From positions 73,747 to 137,746 of the forward strand of contig JAKVBI010000013.1 in assembly GCA_022447545.1 (NCBI GenBank): a stretch of 64,000 nucleotides of DNA, written 5' to 3'. Numbering within the stretch: position 1 is the first letter of the stretch; every line of letters starts with the position of its first letter. The notes under the pieces were generated by a model. The model saw only the letters and a list, made by a program, of their open reading frames with translations, did no database searches and was not told the origin of the DNA. Positions 49,624 through 58,482 of the stretch are shown one piece after another. The stretch is from Myxococcota bacterium (GTDB taxonomy: Bacteria > Myxococcota_A > UBA9160 > SMWR01). The translations under genes were made by a program, and so were the position numbers.

Positions 49624-50751
49624 GTGGCAGGCCGTCCGATAGGCAACGACAAGCGCGAGCGGATTCTGATGCTCGCCACCGACGCGCAGGGCAACCTGGG
49701 CGGCATCTCTCAATACAACATCGATGTGATCGAAGCGCTCTCCGGGCTTGCGGAGGTCGAGTCCGTGGTCGTCGTTGCAATGAGCCCTGGTGACCGCTCA
49801 GAGCACGTACCCCCCAAGGTTCGGTACAGCGCTCGGCCACGCGGTGGTGTGTCGAGCTTCCTACGCGCAAGCCTCTTCGAGGCGATGAAACCCGGCGGTT
49901 TCGACATCATCTACTGCGCGCATATCGATCTGATGCCCGTGGCGGCCTTGCTTGGGAAGATTTTTCGCAAACCCGTGGTGCTGGCGATCTATGGCATCGA
50001 TGCCTGGTGGGTTCCCAAACGTAAACTGACCGAGCGCGCCAGTGGAATGGCGACCTTGGTGCTGTCGATCAGTCAGATCACGCTCGATCGATTTCGCGAG
50101 TGGAACCCCATTGACATTCACCGTACCGCGATCGTCCCCAATGCGATCCGGGTCGAGCAGTTTGGCCGTGCCGAAAGGAACTCCATCCTCGTCGAGCGAT
50201 ACGGGCTGGAGGGGCGAAAGGTCATCATGACGTTTGGCCGCATGCACCCGGACGAGCAGGCCAAGGGCTTCGATCAGGTCATCGACGTACTCCCGACGCT
50301 GCGCGAGACCCGTCCCGACCTCACCTATCTCCTGGTCGGGGATGGCGGTGATAGAAAGAGGCTGGAGGAAAAGGCTGAAGCACTCGGTGTTGACGACATG
50401 GTGGTCTTTACCGGAAGGATCCCCGAAGAAACCAAGGCCGATCACTATCGGCTGGCTGATGCGTACGTGATGCCCAGCCGTTTGGAGGGGTTTGGGTTCG
50501 TGGTCATCGAAGCTCTCGCATGTGGGATCCCCGTGATTGCGAGCAAGCTCGATGGCACCGCGGAGGCGGTACGTGGCGGTGAACTGGGTTTGATCGTCGA
50601 TCCCGACGAGCCCGAGGCGCTACGCCAGGCGATTGTCCAAACAATTGACGTGCCCAAAGAAGTACCCACCGGCCTCGAATATTTTTCGTTCGAGAATTTT
50701 CAAGCGCGTATTCGGGCTGCGTTGGCCAAGGTCTCTGAGATGCAGCGATAG
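49624..50751 (+). CDS. Glycosyltransferase family 4 (GT-B)
   Basis: C-terminal domain LVGDGGDRKRLEEKAEALGV...YVMPSRLEGFGFVVIEALACGIPVIAS (EX7E region). Confidence 0.85.
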   Translation: MAGRPIGNDKRERILMLATDAQGNLGGISQYNIDVIEALSGLAEVESVVVVAMSPGDRSEHVPPKVRYSARPRGGVSSFLRASLFEAMKPGGFDIIYCAHIDLMPVAALLGKIFRKPVVLAIYGIDAWWVPKRKLTERASGMATLVLSISQITLDRFREWNPIDIHRTAIVPNAIRVEQFGRAERNSILVERYGLEGRKVIMTFGRMHPDEQAKGFDQVIDVLPTLRETRPDLTYLLVGDGGDRKRLEEKAEALGVDDMVVFTGRIPEETKADHYRLADAYVMPSRLEGFGFVVIEALACGIPVIASKLDGTAEAVRGGELGLIVDPDEPEALRQAIVQTIDVPKEVPTGLEYFSFENFQARIRAALAKVSEMQR

Positions 50752-50810
50752 ACTCCCATAGTGTCCGAGCCGAACGGTCTCGGAGAATGGGGGGGCTGGG
50801 CCTGCAGGAA

Positions 50811-51563
50811 TCAGGATGGGCTGTTCACGATGAAGCGTCCCGAGGAAAGTTCGTAAACCCCACTGGCGATGCCCACTTCGCCCTGGTTCACAGCCTCTTC
50901 CACCACGGTCGACATCTTGGTGAGCCGGGACGCCGCGTCCATGGAATTTTGTTTGATGGAGTGGGCGAGCGTGTCCCCCGGGGTTTTCTGGGCCTTGAGG
51001 ACCGAGGGCAGGATCTGAGCAATCAATCCCGGCAGGCTTCCGGGGAGGGCACCCACATCGGTCTGGTGCTGGATGGCTGCGTCGACGGCCCCGCAGCTGC
51101 TGTGGCCCATGATCAGAATCATCCGGGTTCCCAGAACAGCAACCGCATACTCGATACTCGCCATGAGCTCCGGGGTGGGGATGTTGCCCGCTACACCGCA
51201 AACGAACAGTTCACCGAGGTTTTGATCGAAGACCAACTCGGGAGCGACTCGCGAATCGGCACAGCGGATCACAGCTGTATCGGGACGCTGGCCCTTTGCG
51301 AGGATGCCGCGTGCATTGGCCATGTCATGCTTGCGAAGGTGACCAGAAATGAAGCGCTGGTTCCCCTCCATCAAGCGATCGAGAATCGCCTGGTGGCCGG
51401 AACTGAGAGCGGCTGCGGAACCCTCCCCCCCAGTGCTGGCGTGGGCTGAAGAAGCAGCGAGGCTTTGTCCGACCCCAAGTGCCAGTGTCGCGCCGAGAGT
51501 TCCGTGCAGCATCTCGCGTCGCGTCGCCCCAACTTCATTTCGCTGAGAACTTTTCTGGTTCAT
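50811..51563 (-). CDS. Beta-class carbonic anhydrase with Tat signal peptide
   Basis: ATG at 51563 follows GGAGA. Tat-like signal ATRREMLHGTLGATLALGVGQSLAASSAHA. Zn ligand motifs CADSRV and HSSCGAV. Confidence 0.85.
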   Translation of the reverse strand: MNQKSSQRNEVGATRREMLHGTLGATLALGVGQSLAASSAHASTGGEGSAAALSSGHQAILDRLMEGNQRFISGHLRKHDMANARGILAKGQRPDTAVIRCADSRVAPELVFDQNLGELFVCGVAGNIPTPELMASIEYAVAVLGTRMILIMGHSSCGAVDAAIQHQTDVGALPGSLPGLIAQILPSVLKAQKTPGDTLAHSIKQNSMDAASRLTKMSTVVEEAVNQGEVGIASGVYELSSGRFIVNSPS

Positions 51564-51721
51564 TCGATTCTCCAATTCAGATCGGTTGGAAGCCCGTGGC
51601 TTCTCGAATCGTAATTCGAACGAGCTTGCCCCATTGCTTTCCACGGCGATGCTGTGGAAGGGAATTCTCACACGGTCTTCCTTCCCAGGTCAACGCTCAG
51701 CCCAATTCTCGTTGGAACGGT

Positions 51722-52390
51722 CTAATTTCGAGCGCGGTATTGGCGGAAGACGATCAGGGCGATGAGCCCGCTGCTAGCCAGGGCCAGTGTGCCCGGTTCG
51801 GGGACGACTTCAAAACGTTGATCGATCACCGAAATGGCCGCCACGGTGCCGGGGCTCGTTGTGATGACCTGGATGTCCTTGAGTGCAGTGACCAGGATGG
51901 GCGTGGGCGCGGGGAAAGTGATCGTGTCGGTGAGCTGCGAAAGGCCGCCCCCAGTAGCTGCAACGAAGAGGGTGCCGATCGGGCCGTTACTGTCGAAGAA
52001 GACCTCTGACACATTGGCGGTGGAGCCAAGGCCCGACGCAGCACCATTGAAAAAGATTTCCGCAGCCCCAATTCCCTGTGATCCCGAGACAGCAACTTCA
52101 TAAGACAGTGCGATATCGCCAACGTTCCCATCCGCGACTCCGATGGGTCCCACGAGTCGCCATCCATCGTCGAGGACGACCGCGACGTAGTCGTCGAGAT
52201 CTGTGCTGAGCGCCCCGCTCAAGACGACTTCGAAATCGGAGAACGTCAGGAGTGTGTTGCCTGAACCGAAACTCGGAGTCGTTCCATCGGTGAGTTCGCG
52301 GAGCGTGAATGTGGTGGCGTTCGAGTTGGCCGCGACCATCGAAATCAACAGCATTGCCGAGTAGACGGCCCATTGGATCCGATTCCACAT
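51722..52390 (-). CDS. PEP-CTERM-anchored secreted protein
   Basis: C-terminus VVPEPGTLALASSGLIALIVFRQYRARN. Signal MWNRIQWAVYSAMLLISMVAANSNA. ATG after AGGAGG. Confidence 0.7.
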   Translation of the reverse strand: MWNRIQWAVYSAMLLISMVAANSNATTFTLRELTDGTTPSFGSGNTLLTFSDFEVVLSGALSTDLDDYVAVVLDDGWRLVGPIGVADGNVGDIALSYEVAVSGSQGIGAAEIFFNGAASGLGSTANVSEVFFDSNGPIGTLFVAATGGGLSQLTDTITFPAPTPILVTALKDIQVITTSPGTVAAISVIDQRFEVVPEPGTLALASSGLIALIVFRQYRARN

Positions 52391-52610
52391 GCGATTCTCT
52401 GTCGACCTCCTGGATTCCGCGGGAGCGCGTCACTGCAGCCACGGGAGAGGCTCTCTCGGCCTCTCGGTTGTGTGGTGAGTGGGGTGTGCTTATGTCATCG
52501 GCACCGGCAACAAATTTCGTAAGCCCTGGTTTTCGATCGGAGACTCAGCGCCGAGCGCCGGGAAATTCCATTTGCGTTCAATGGGTTGTGGAGGTGCTGG
52601 TGGCTTTGGG

Positions 52611-52622
52611 CCCCAATTGGGG
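52611..52622. repeat. Perfect 12-nt palindrome CCCCAATTGGGG in a 530-bp intergenic region
   Basis: Read directly from the sequence. Function unknown. Confidence 0.3.
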
Positions 52623-52676
52623 GCACGCCAGTGGAGGGGACCTCGAATGGATGGGTGAATAACCTGCGGTGTTAAA

Positions 52677-52712
52677 GACTCACTCTCGTGAGTCAGTCTT
52701 CCCGCGGTTTTT
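52677..52712 (+). other. Orphan hairpin GACTCAC-TCTC-GTGAGTC followed after 13 nt by TTTTT
   Basis: 7-bp perfect stem at 52677-52694 and T5 at 52708-52712. No upstream plus-strand gene that it could terminate. Confidence 0.2.
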
Positions 52713-52923
52713 CAGAGGCTCTGATCCTGCGGCTACGAATCGGGTCGCCGCCTGTGGAAGGCGCTGCGCCTGTCGTTCCCATGGTTGATCTACCGACTCC
52801 TGCCGTGGAAGTAGAATCGGGTTGAGTCGATCCCATGGAGGTGCGCTGGCATCGGCACGGGTGATATTCGGTACAGCCTGCGTCGAGGCGGCTCGATTTC
52901 TCGTTGCTGGAAGGGGGAACTCG

Positions 52924-54147
52924 GTGATCAGTACATCTCGGGCAGGGGTGGGCGCGCTGGGCATTTTCCTGGCCTGGGCGCTTTGGGCTTGGGGGCCGGT
53001 TGGTGCAAATCCCTCTCTGGATGCGCCGACCGTCGTTTTGATTTCTCTCGACGGTACTCGTCCCGAGGATCTGAACGAGCAGGCCCTACCGAGCCTGGTG
53101 TCACTCGGACAGCGGGGAGCCGTCGCGCAAGCGATGATCCCCGCCATCCCTACCAATACCTTTCCCAATCACGTGACCCTCGCGACCGGGGTCGCACCCG
53201 AAAAACACGGTCTGGTCAACAACCTCTTCGAAGATCCCAAGCGGGGTCTGTTCCGGAAGCAGGACATCCCGAGCTGGATCGAGGTGGAGCCGATCTGGTC
53301 CATCGCGGAGCGCCACGGGGTCGTTTCGGCCGCCTATTACTGGGTGGGCTCCGAAGGATCATGGCCCGGGGGGAGGGCCCCCACCCATTGGAAGGTGTTT
53401 TCGGGCCGAACTTCCGAAGCGAAGAAAGTGGACCAGATTCTGGACTGGCTTGATCTGGACGATCCGAAACGCCGGCCGCGTCTGATCATGAGCTGGTTCC
53501 GGGGTGGCGATCACGCCGGACACGACCACGGTCCAGGGAGTCGGGAGGTGATCGAGGCGCTCCGCATTCAGGACAAGGAAATTGCTCGTTTGATCGATGG
53601 GTTCGATGAACGGGGGCTCTTTTCGACGACGACGCTGATCTTCGTCTCCGATCATGGGATGGCGGCGCCGAAGGGCCGAGTCGACCTGGGACGGGCACTC
53701 CAACGTTCGGGAATCGATGCTCGGGTGCTGGGCATTGGAGGCTTCGCCACGGTGGTCCCAGGTTCCCGTGATCGCGACGATCCCGAGAGGATCCGCCGAA
53801 TCGCCGAGGTGGCTCGAGCACTGGGCCTCGACGCGTTCGCTCGAGAGGACGCTCCACCCGATGCTGGAGTCGACCACCCCCGCTTCGGTGCAGTGATCGT
53901 CAGGGCTGACCGTGACGTTGCGATCGTGCACGAGGGGCTCGAACTCAAGGGCTTTCACGGATACGACCCGCGGGATCCCGCAATGGCGGCACTGCTGGTC
54001 GCGGCGGGTCGAGGGGTGGCTCCGGGCACGACGCTTGCCCCCTTGCGGTCCATCCAGGTCGCGCCAACCGTGCTTCAGTTACTTGGGGTTCCCAGGCCAG
54101 CATGGATGGAGGGTCGGCCGATTCCAGAGTTCACCGACTCTCTCTGA
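52924..54147 (+). CDS. Nucleotide pyrophosphatase/phosphodiesterase (alkaline-phosphatase superfamily, NPP type)
   Basis: VVLISLDGTRPED and TNTFPNHVTLATG motifs. GTG at 52924 follows AAGGGGGA and gives a signal-like N-terminus; the track TTG start is at 52822. Confidence 0.8.
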   Translation: MISTSRAGVGALGIFLAWALWAWGPVGANPSLDAPTVVLISLDGTRPEDLNEQALPSLVSLGQRGAVAQAMIPAIPTNTFPNHVTLATGVAPEKHGLVNNLFEDPKRGLFRKQDIPSWIEVEPIWSIAERHGVVSAAYYWVGSEGSWPGGRAPTHWKVFSGRTSEAKKVDQILDWLDLDDPKRRPRLIMSWFRGGDHAGHDHGPGSREVIEALRIQDKEIARLIDGFDERGLFSTTTLIFVSDHGMAAPKGRVDLGRALQRSGIDARVLGIGGFATVVPGSRDRDDPERIRRIAEVARALGLDAFAREDAPPDAGVDHPRFGAVIVRADRDVAIVHEGLELKGFHGYDPRDPAMAALLVAAGRGVAPGTTLAPLRSIQVAPTVLQLLGVPRPAWMEGRPIPEFTDSL

Positions 54148-54251
54148 AGTTCCCTTCCGCCTATCTACGATCGACTGCAAAGAGATCTGCATCGCCTGAC
54201 GTGCAGGAGCCACGGAAAAAATCCCAGGAAGCCCTCTGGTAGACTGGATCC

Positions 54252-55346
54252 ATGGTTCTTGAGATGTTGCTGGAGCGATGTGAAAAACTGCTTCCAGATT
54301 TGTCCAAGCGAGCGCTCGAAACCGAACGGCTTCGTCAGTTGCCCCGGGCCAATGTCGATGCGCTCGTTGCCAGCGGCCTTCCTCGCGCGCTACAGCCCGA
54401 GCGTTTTGGGGGATCGGAACTCGGATGCGCGGCGCACATCGAGATTGCGAGTCGACTTGCCCTGGGGTGTGCGTCCACCGCGTGGTGTCAATTCGTCTGG
54501 AGTGCCCACAATTATCTCCTTCGTTTCTACCCCGAAAGAGCTCAGCAGGAGGTCTGGTCCGAGCCAGAATCATTGATCGCTGGATCGCTGAGCCCAGCGG
54601 GAAAGGCCCAACCGGTGGAAGGGGGATTTCGTCTTTCGGGGCGTTGGTCTTTTGCTTCCGGATGCGATGCGGCGGATTGGATCCTGTTGGGTGCCATGGC
54701 CGAAGTCGAGGGAATCCCCGGCCCGATTCTATGTTGCGTTCCTCAGCACGAGGTCGAAATCATCGACAATTGGTTCGTCACCGGGCTGAGGGGAACGGGC
54801 AGCAAGGATATCGGAGCTGAAGAAGTCTTTGTGCCGAGTCACCTCGCTCCATCCTGGACAGAAGTTCTCGCGCGGAATCAGGCCATGGCGGTGGCGGTGA
54901 TCGCGGGCCCAGTGCTCGGGGCGGCGGAAGCCGCGTTGGAATGCTTCCGGAAGCGCCTCGAGACCCGTGTACTCCTCACAGGAACCAAGCAATCCGAACT
55001 CGGAACTTCGAGGAAGCGGCTCGCAGAATCCGCGGCAGAGATCGCAGCGGCCCGCCTTCTGCTGGAGCAGGCCGGAAGCCAGATCGATGCGACCGAAGCA
55101 AGGGGTGATGTTCCGTCTCGCCAAGACAATGTTCGCTGGATTCGGGATGCAGCCTATTGCGCAGAACTCTGCACGCGTGCCACCCAGCGTGTGTTCGAAG
55201 CCTCCGGCGGCGGAGCGCTGCAGGAAACCGAGCCCATCCAGCGGTATTGGCGTGATGTCAATGCGGGTCACGCCCATCTCTTCTTGAGCTGGGATGCTGC
55301 GGCCGAAAACTGGGCTGCAAGTGTCCTTGAGGGCATTGATTCCTAG
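54252..55346 (+). CDS. Acyl-CoA-dehydrogenase-fold flavin-dependent monooxygenase, oxygenase component (HsaA/C2-HpaH/DszC-like)
   Basis: 364 aa. LSKRALETERLRQLPRANVDALVASGL... and RLSGRWSFASGC are typical of ACAD-type two-component oxygenases. No reductase partner is adjacent. Confidence 0.7.
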   Translation: MVLEMLLERCEKLLPDLSKRALETERLRQLPRANVDALVASGLPRALQPERFGGSELGCAAHIEIASRLALGCASTAWCQFVWSAHNYLLRFYPERAQQEVWSEPESLIAGSLSPAGKAQPVEGGFRLSGRWSFASGCDAADWILLGAMAEVEGIPGPILCCVPQHEVEIIDNWFVTGLRGTGSKDIGAEEVFVPSHLAPSWTEVLARNQAMAVAVIAGPVLGAAEAALECFRKRLETRVLLTGTKQSELGTSRKRLAESAAEIAAARLLLEQAGSQIDATEARGDVPSRQDNVRWIRDAAYCAELCTRATQRVFEASGGGALQETEPIQRYWRDVNAGHAHLFLSWDAAAENWAASVLEGIDS

Positions 55347-55384
55347 GGCCTCTTGCGAGTACTCAGAGGGTCTCGCCCTTTGCC

Positions 55385-56506
55385 TCAGGGATCAGAGCCG
55401 TCTTCCGCCGAGGTGGCTTCTGTGGGCGGAAGCAGTTCTGAGAATGCACGCCCATAGACTTCCCAGATCGTTACGAACACGGCGGCGACGATGGGGCCAA
55501 CGACGAAGCCCACTGCGCCAAAGAGTGAAATGCCCCCGAGAGTGCTGAGAAGAATCATCAAATCAGACATTCGGGCATCGGTTCCCACCAGACGTGGTCG
55601 AAGCAGGTTGTCGATCGTACCCACGACCACGAGGCACCAGATCGCCAGAAGCATCGCCATACTCGTCTCGCCATTGGCGAACAGCCAGATCGTGGCTGGC
55701 AACCAGACGATTGGCGCACCCAAACCAGGAATCACTGAGAGCACGACGACCACGGCTCCCCAGAATGCAGCCCCTTCGATACCGGCCACCGCGAACGCGA
55801 TCCCGACGAGAAGGCCCTGAAGTCCTCCGATCACCAGGGATCCCTTCAAGGTCGCTTTGGTGACCGACACGAAGCGTCCGACGACCATCCCCTCGTCCTC
55901 CTGGCCAAGGGGCGCGTAGTAGAGAATCTGGTCGAGAATCTCGCGCCCGCGAAGCAGGAAGTAAAACATGGCGTAGAGAAAGATGAAGAGTTGGAGAAAG
56001 AAACGAACGGTCAGCCGACCAGCTGTAGCTACGGCATTGATCAGAAGAGTACCGGTGGATCTGACGGCCTCCCCCGCAGCCGAGATCAGTTTTTCCCGCT
56101 CGGGTAGAAGGTCTGCCAGGTTGATGTGGTCGGAGAACGGAATGTTGCGAAGCAGAGCCGTGATCTGATCCGGATTCTGCAACTGGGATTGAACCCATGG
56201 AGTGACCGATTGGGTCACCTGGACGGCCTGAGCCAAGACGAGTCCGAGCATCGTGGTCAGGGGCCCGATCACGAGAAGGAGAGTTGCCGACACGACAAGA
56301 AGCGCCGCTGCGATTTCACGACCCTGAAACGCAGCAGTGAGTCGGCGTTGGATCGGATTGGTGAGGGCAGCCGCCAAGGCGGCCATCAGGAGAGATATGA
56401 TGAAGTCACGGATCATCCACCCAAACAAGAGGGAGATGGCCGCGACCGCGAGAAGCAGGAAACGTTTCTGTAGCGGATTCAAAGAGCTGTGACTTTCCGC
56501 TGACAT
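55385..56506 (-). CDS. AI-2E family transporter (UPF0118/PerM-like)
   Basis: 373 aa, polytopic. GIEGAAFWGAVVVVLSVIPGLGAPIVWLPATIWL is a typical family segment. Confidence 0.85.
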   Translation of the reverse strand: MSAESHSSLNPLQKRFLLLAVAAISLLFGWMIRDFIISLLMAALAAALTNPIQRRLTAAFQGREIAAALLVVSATLLLVIGPLTTMLGLVLAQAVQVTQSVTPWVQSQLQNPDQITALLRNIPFSDHINLADLLPEREKLISAAGEAVRSTGTLLINAVATAGRLTVRFFLQLFIFLYAMFYFLLRGREILDQILYYAPLGQEDEGMVVGRFVSVTKATLKGSLVIGGLQGLLVGIAFAVAGIEGAAFWGAVVVVLSVIPGLGAPIVWLPATIWLFANGETSMAMLLAIWCLVVVGTIDNLLRPRLVGTDARMSDLMILLSTLGGISLFGAVGFVVGPIVAAVFVTIWEVYGRAFSELLPPTEATSAEDGSDP

Positions 56507-56646
56507 CGGGCCAGATTCTATGCCACCTGCGTCTCGGGCCCAAGAAGGTCGAATTCAGTGAGTCACAGAAGCGCGCAGTGGATTGGGGGTGCGGATTCGA
56601 GAAGGTCTTCGGGCGGGTGGAGATCAGCGAGCGCAGGATCAGACGC

Positions 56647-57534
56647 TCATGAGGGTGGAGTTCTTTTCCATTCGGACGCCATTCGTTGAGCCTCGGAAAA
56701 CTGTCTGGCTGTGATCTTGGACGGAGGCATCTTCTTGATCAGTTCGAGAGCATTGACTGCGTCTTCGTGTCCCTGTTCACTGGCTAGCAGGATCCACATC
56801 GTCATCTTGACGAAGTCCACGGGGACCCCCCATCCAATGCCATACATCATCCCGAGGCTGTATTGAGCGTTCGCATATCCGTTGTTGGCGGATTTTCGGA
56901 ACCACCGCGCAGCTTCACGGTGATCCTGGTCGACCCCGATTCCCTTGTCGTACTTGAAGGCGAGATTGAACTGAGCCTCTGGACTCCCCTGGCCGGCTGC
57001 CTCGCGATACCACCGGATCGCCTCTGAGGGATCCTGAGGAACGCCTTCGCCCGTGTCGTACTTGTGAGCAAGGTTGAATTGGGCCGTTGCATGCCCCTGA
57101 TCCGCGGCTTTGCGGTACCACATGGCGGCTTCCGCATCGTCCTCGGGAACTCCATCTCCAAAATCGTAGAGTTCTCCGAGAATCCACTGGGCCTTCACGT
57201 ACCCTTGATCGGCCGACTTCTGCCACCAGCTCAGCGCTTCCTCGTGATTTTCTTCGGTCCCGATGCCAAAGCGGTACGCGGTGCCGAGAGTGAACTGGGC
57301 GATGGCATGTCCCTGCTCTGAGGATTTACGGAGCCATTCGACGGCTTGCGCGCGGTCTTCTGGGGATTCCTCGTCGGTGAGGTATCGCTCGCCGAGGCTG
57401 TATTGTGCGTCGGCGTCTCCCAGCCTTGCTGAGATCTCGACCTTCTGCTGATCGCTACAAGACGCCCACAGGATCGTCAGCGAAGCGGCAAAAGAGGCCA
57501 GAACGGTGGGAGTTGTGCCTCGGTGCTTACTCAT
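56647..57534 (-). CDS. Sel1-repeat (SLR/TPR-like) protein, probable lipoprotein
   Basis: About 6 repeats of the ...A..W..KAA.QG...AQ..LG..Y..G.GV..D.. pattern. N-terminus ...LTILWASC. Confidence 0.85.
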   Translation of the reverse strand: MSKHRGTTPTVLASFAASLTILWASCSDQQKVEISARLGDADAQYSLGERYLTDEESPEDRAQAVEWLRKSSEQGHAIAQFTLGTAYRFGIGTEENHEEALSWWQKSADQGYVKAQWILGELYDFGDGVPEDDAEAAMWYRKAADQGHATAQFNLAHKYDTGEGVPQDPSEAIRWYREAAGQGSPEAQFNLAFKYDKGIGVDQDHREAARWFRKSANNGYANAQYSLGMMYGIGWGVPVDFVKMTMWILLASEQGHEDAVNALELIKKMPPSKITARQFSEAQRMASEWKRTPPS

Positions 57535-57626
57535 TTCGGAGCCCCAGTCTCCCCAGAGTATCCCATGGACGACTCACGGGGAATCGGAAGGGTTCAAGCG
57601 CGTATTGAGTTGGGAGATGCAACCAT

Positions 57627-58335
57627 TCACGAGAAGCGTTCTCTCAACTTGAACTTCAGCACCTTTCCGTTTTCGTTACGTGGAAACTCTTCCAACCACT
57701 CCAGTTGCTCTGGAATCTTCTGGTTGGCAAGTCCGCGTTCACGGCAATATGTGGAGACTTCCTCGAGGGTCAGCCGGGCCTCCCCGGTTGCAAGCAGCAC
57801 CGCTCTCCCCTCTCGGGGTCCCTGAGGCCAATGACCGATGCCTCGGCGATGGCTGCTCGCTCGCGAAATTCACCGAAACGAACCACGTGTTTGCGCTCGT
57901 CGGTCAGAAAGATCAGATCGGACGTCTCTTCGGCGCGCGCTTCGATCGAAGGCCAGAGGCCCTGCTCTTCGATCAAGACCACCTTTCCGAGGACATTTGT
58001 GCGAAGCCTCGATTGAGCAAGACGATGCCCTCCTGGTCCAACACGCGATACAGCACACCCATGGTTCCTACGGGGCCGGTGCTGGCACCTTTTTCGACCT
58101 TCCTGATTTGTGTCGTCAGGGTGTCGCCGTTGTGGGCGGGATTCGCCGACGCACTTTGGTTGCCAGAAATCCGTTTGAGCTGGAACGTCTCAACCCTGCT
58201 GGAACCTGAGGCGATCCCTTCGTTCTCGTGACCCACCGCGATTGGCTCCTTGCCGGAGTCAATGGAGGTCGGCGGTTGCTGTGCGGATCTGTTTTCGTCA
58301 CTTCCGAGCGACTCATTCCCACCTTCAAATACCAC
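57627..58335 (-). pseudogene. Truncated, frameshifted remnant of an AMP-dependent acyl-CoA synthetase (C-terminal ~230 codons)
   Basis: Three consecutive minus-strand frames read as ACS. First: ...NGDTLTT...GPVGTMGVLYRVLDQEGIVL (ORF 57973..58335). Second: ...GLWPSIEARAEETSDLIFLTDERKHVVRFGEFRERAAIAEASVIGLRDPERGE (ORF 57770..57982). Third: AVLLATGEARLTLEEVSTYCRERGLANQKIPEQLEWLEEFPRNENGKVLKFKLRERFS* (own translation, stop at 57627-57629). No N-terminal domain is present. Confidence 0.5.
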
Positions 58336-58482
58336 CTTTGGAACCGGACCCGTGCACGGCTGCGATGGGTTCTGGACCTGAGCGGAGGAGCGCGCAGTAA
58401 GAAACCTGCTCGAAAGCTGCCATTGAGAACGCCCCCGTCCAAAGAGCGCTGCAACGATCCAGTATCGAAGAGGGCAAATGAG

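Noticed and set aside
57900-58140. Reading of the pseudogene region as a cyclic-nucleotide-binding domain (…GVLYRVLDQEGIVLL…RAEETSDLIFL…).
   Set aside because: The FGE…RSA phosphate-binding cassette spacing does not fit. The same residues align better with the AMP-binding enzyme core and hinge (…G.VG.P.PG…D..G…; …DLIFLTDERKHVV = G.L.I.DR.KD.I), which is continuous with an unmistakable AMP-binding C-terminal domain.
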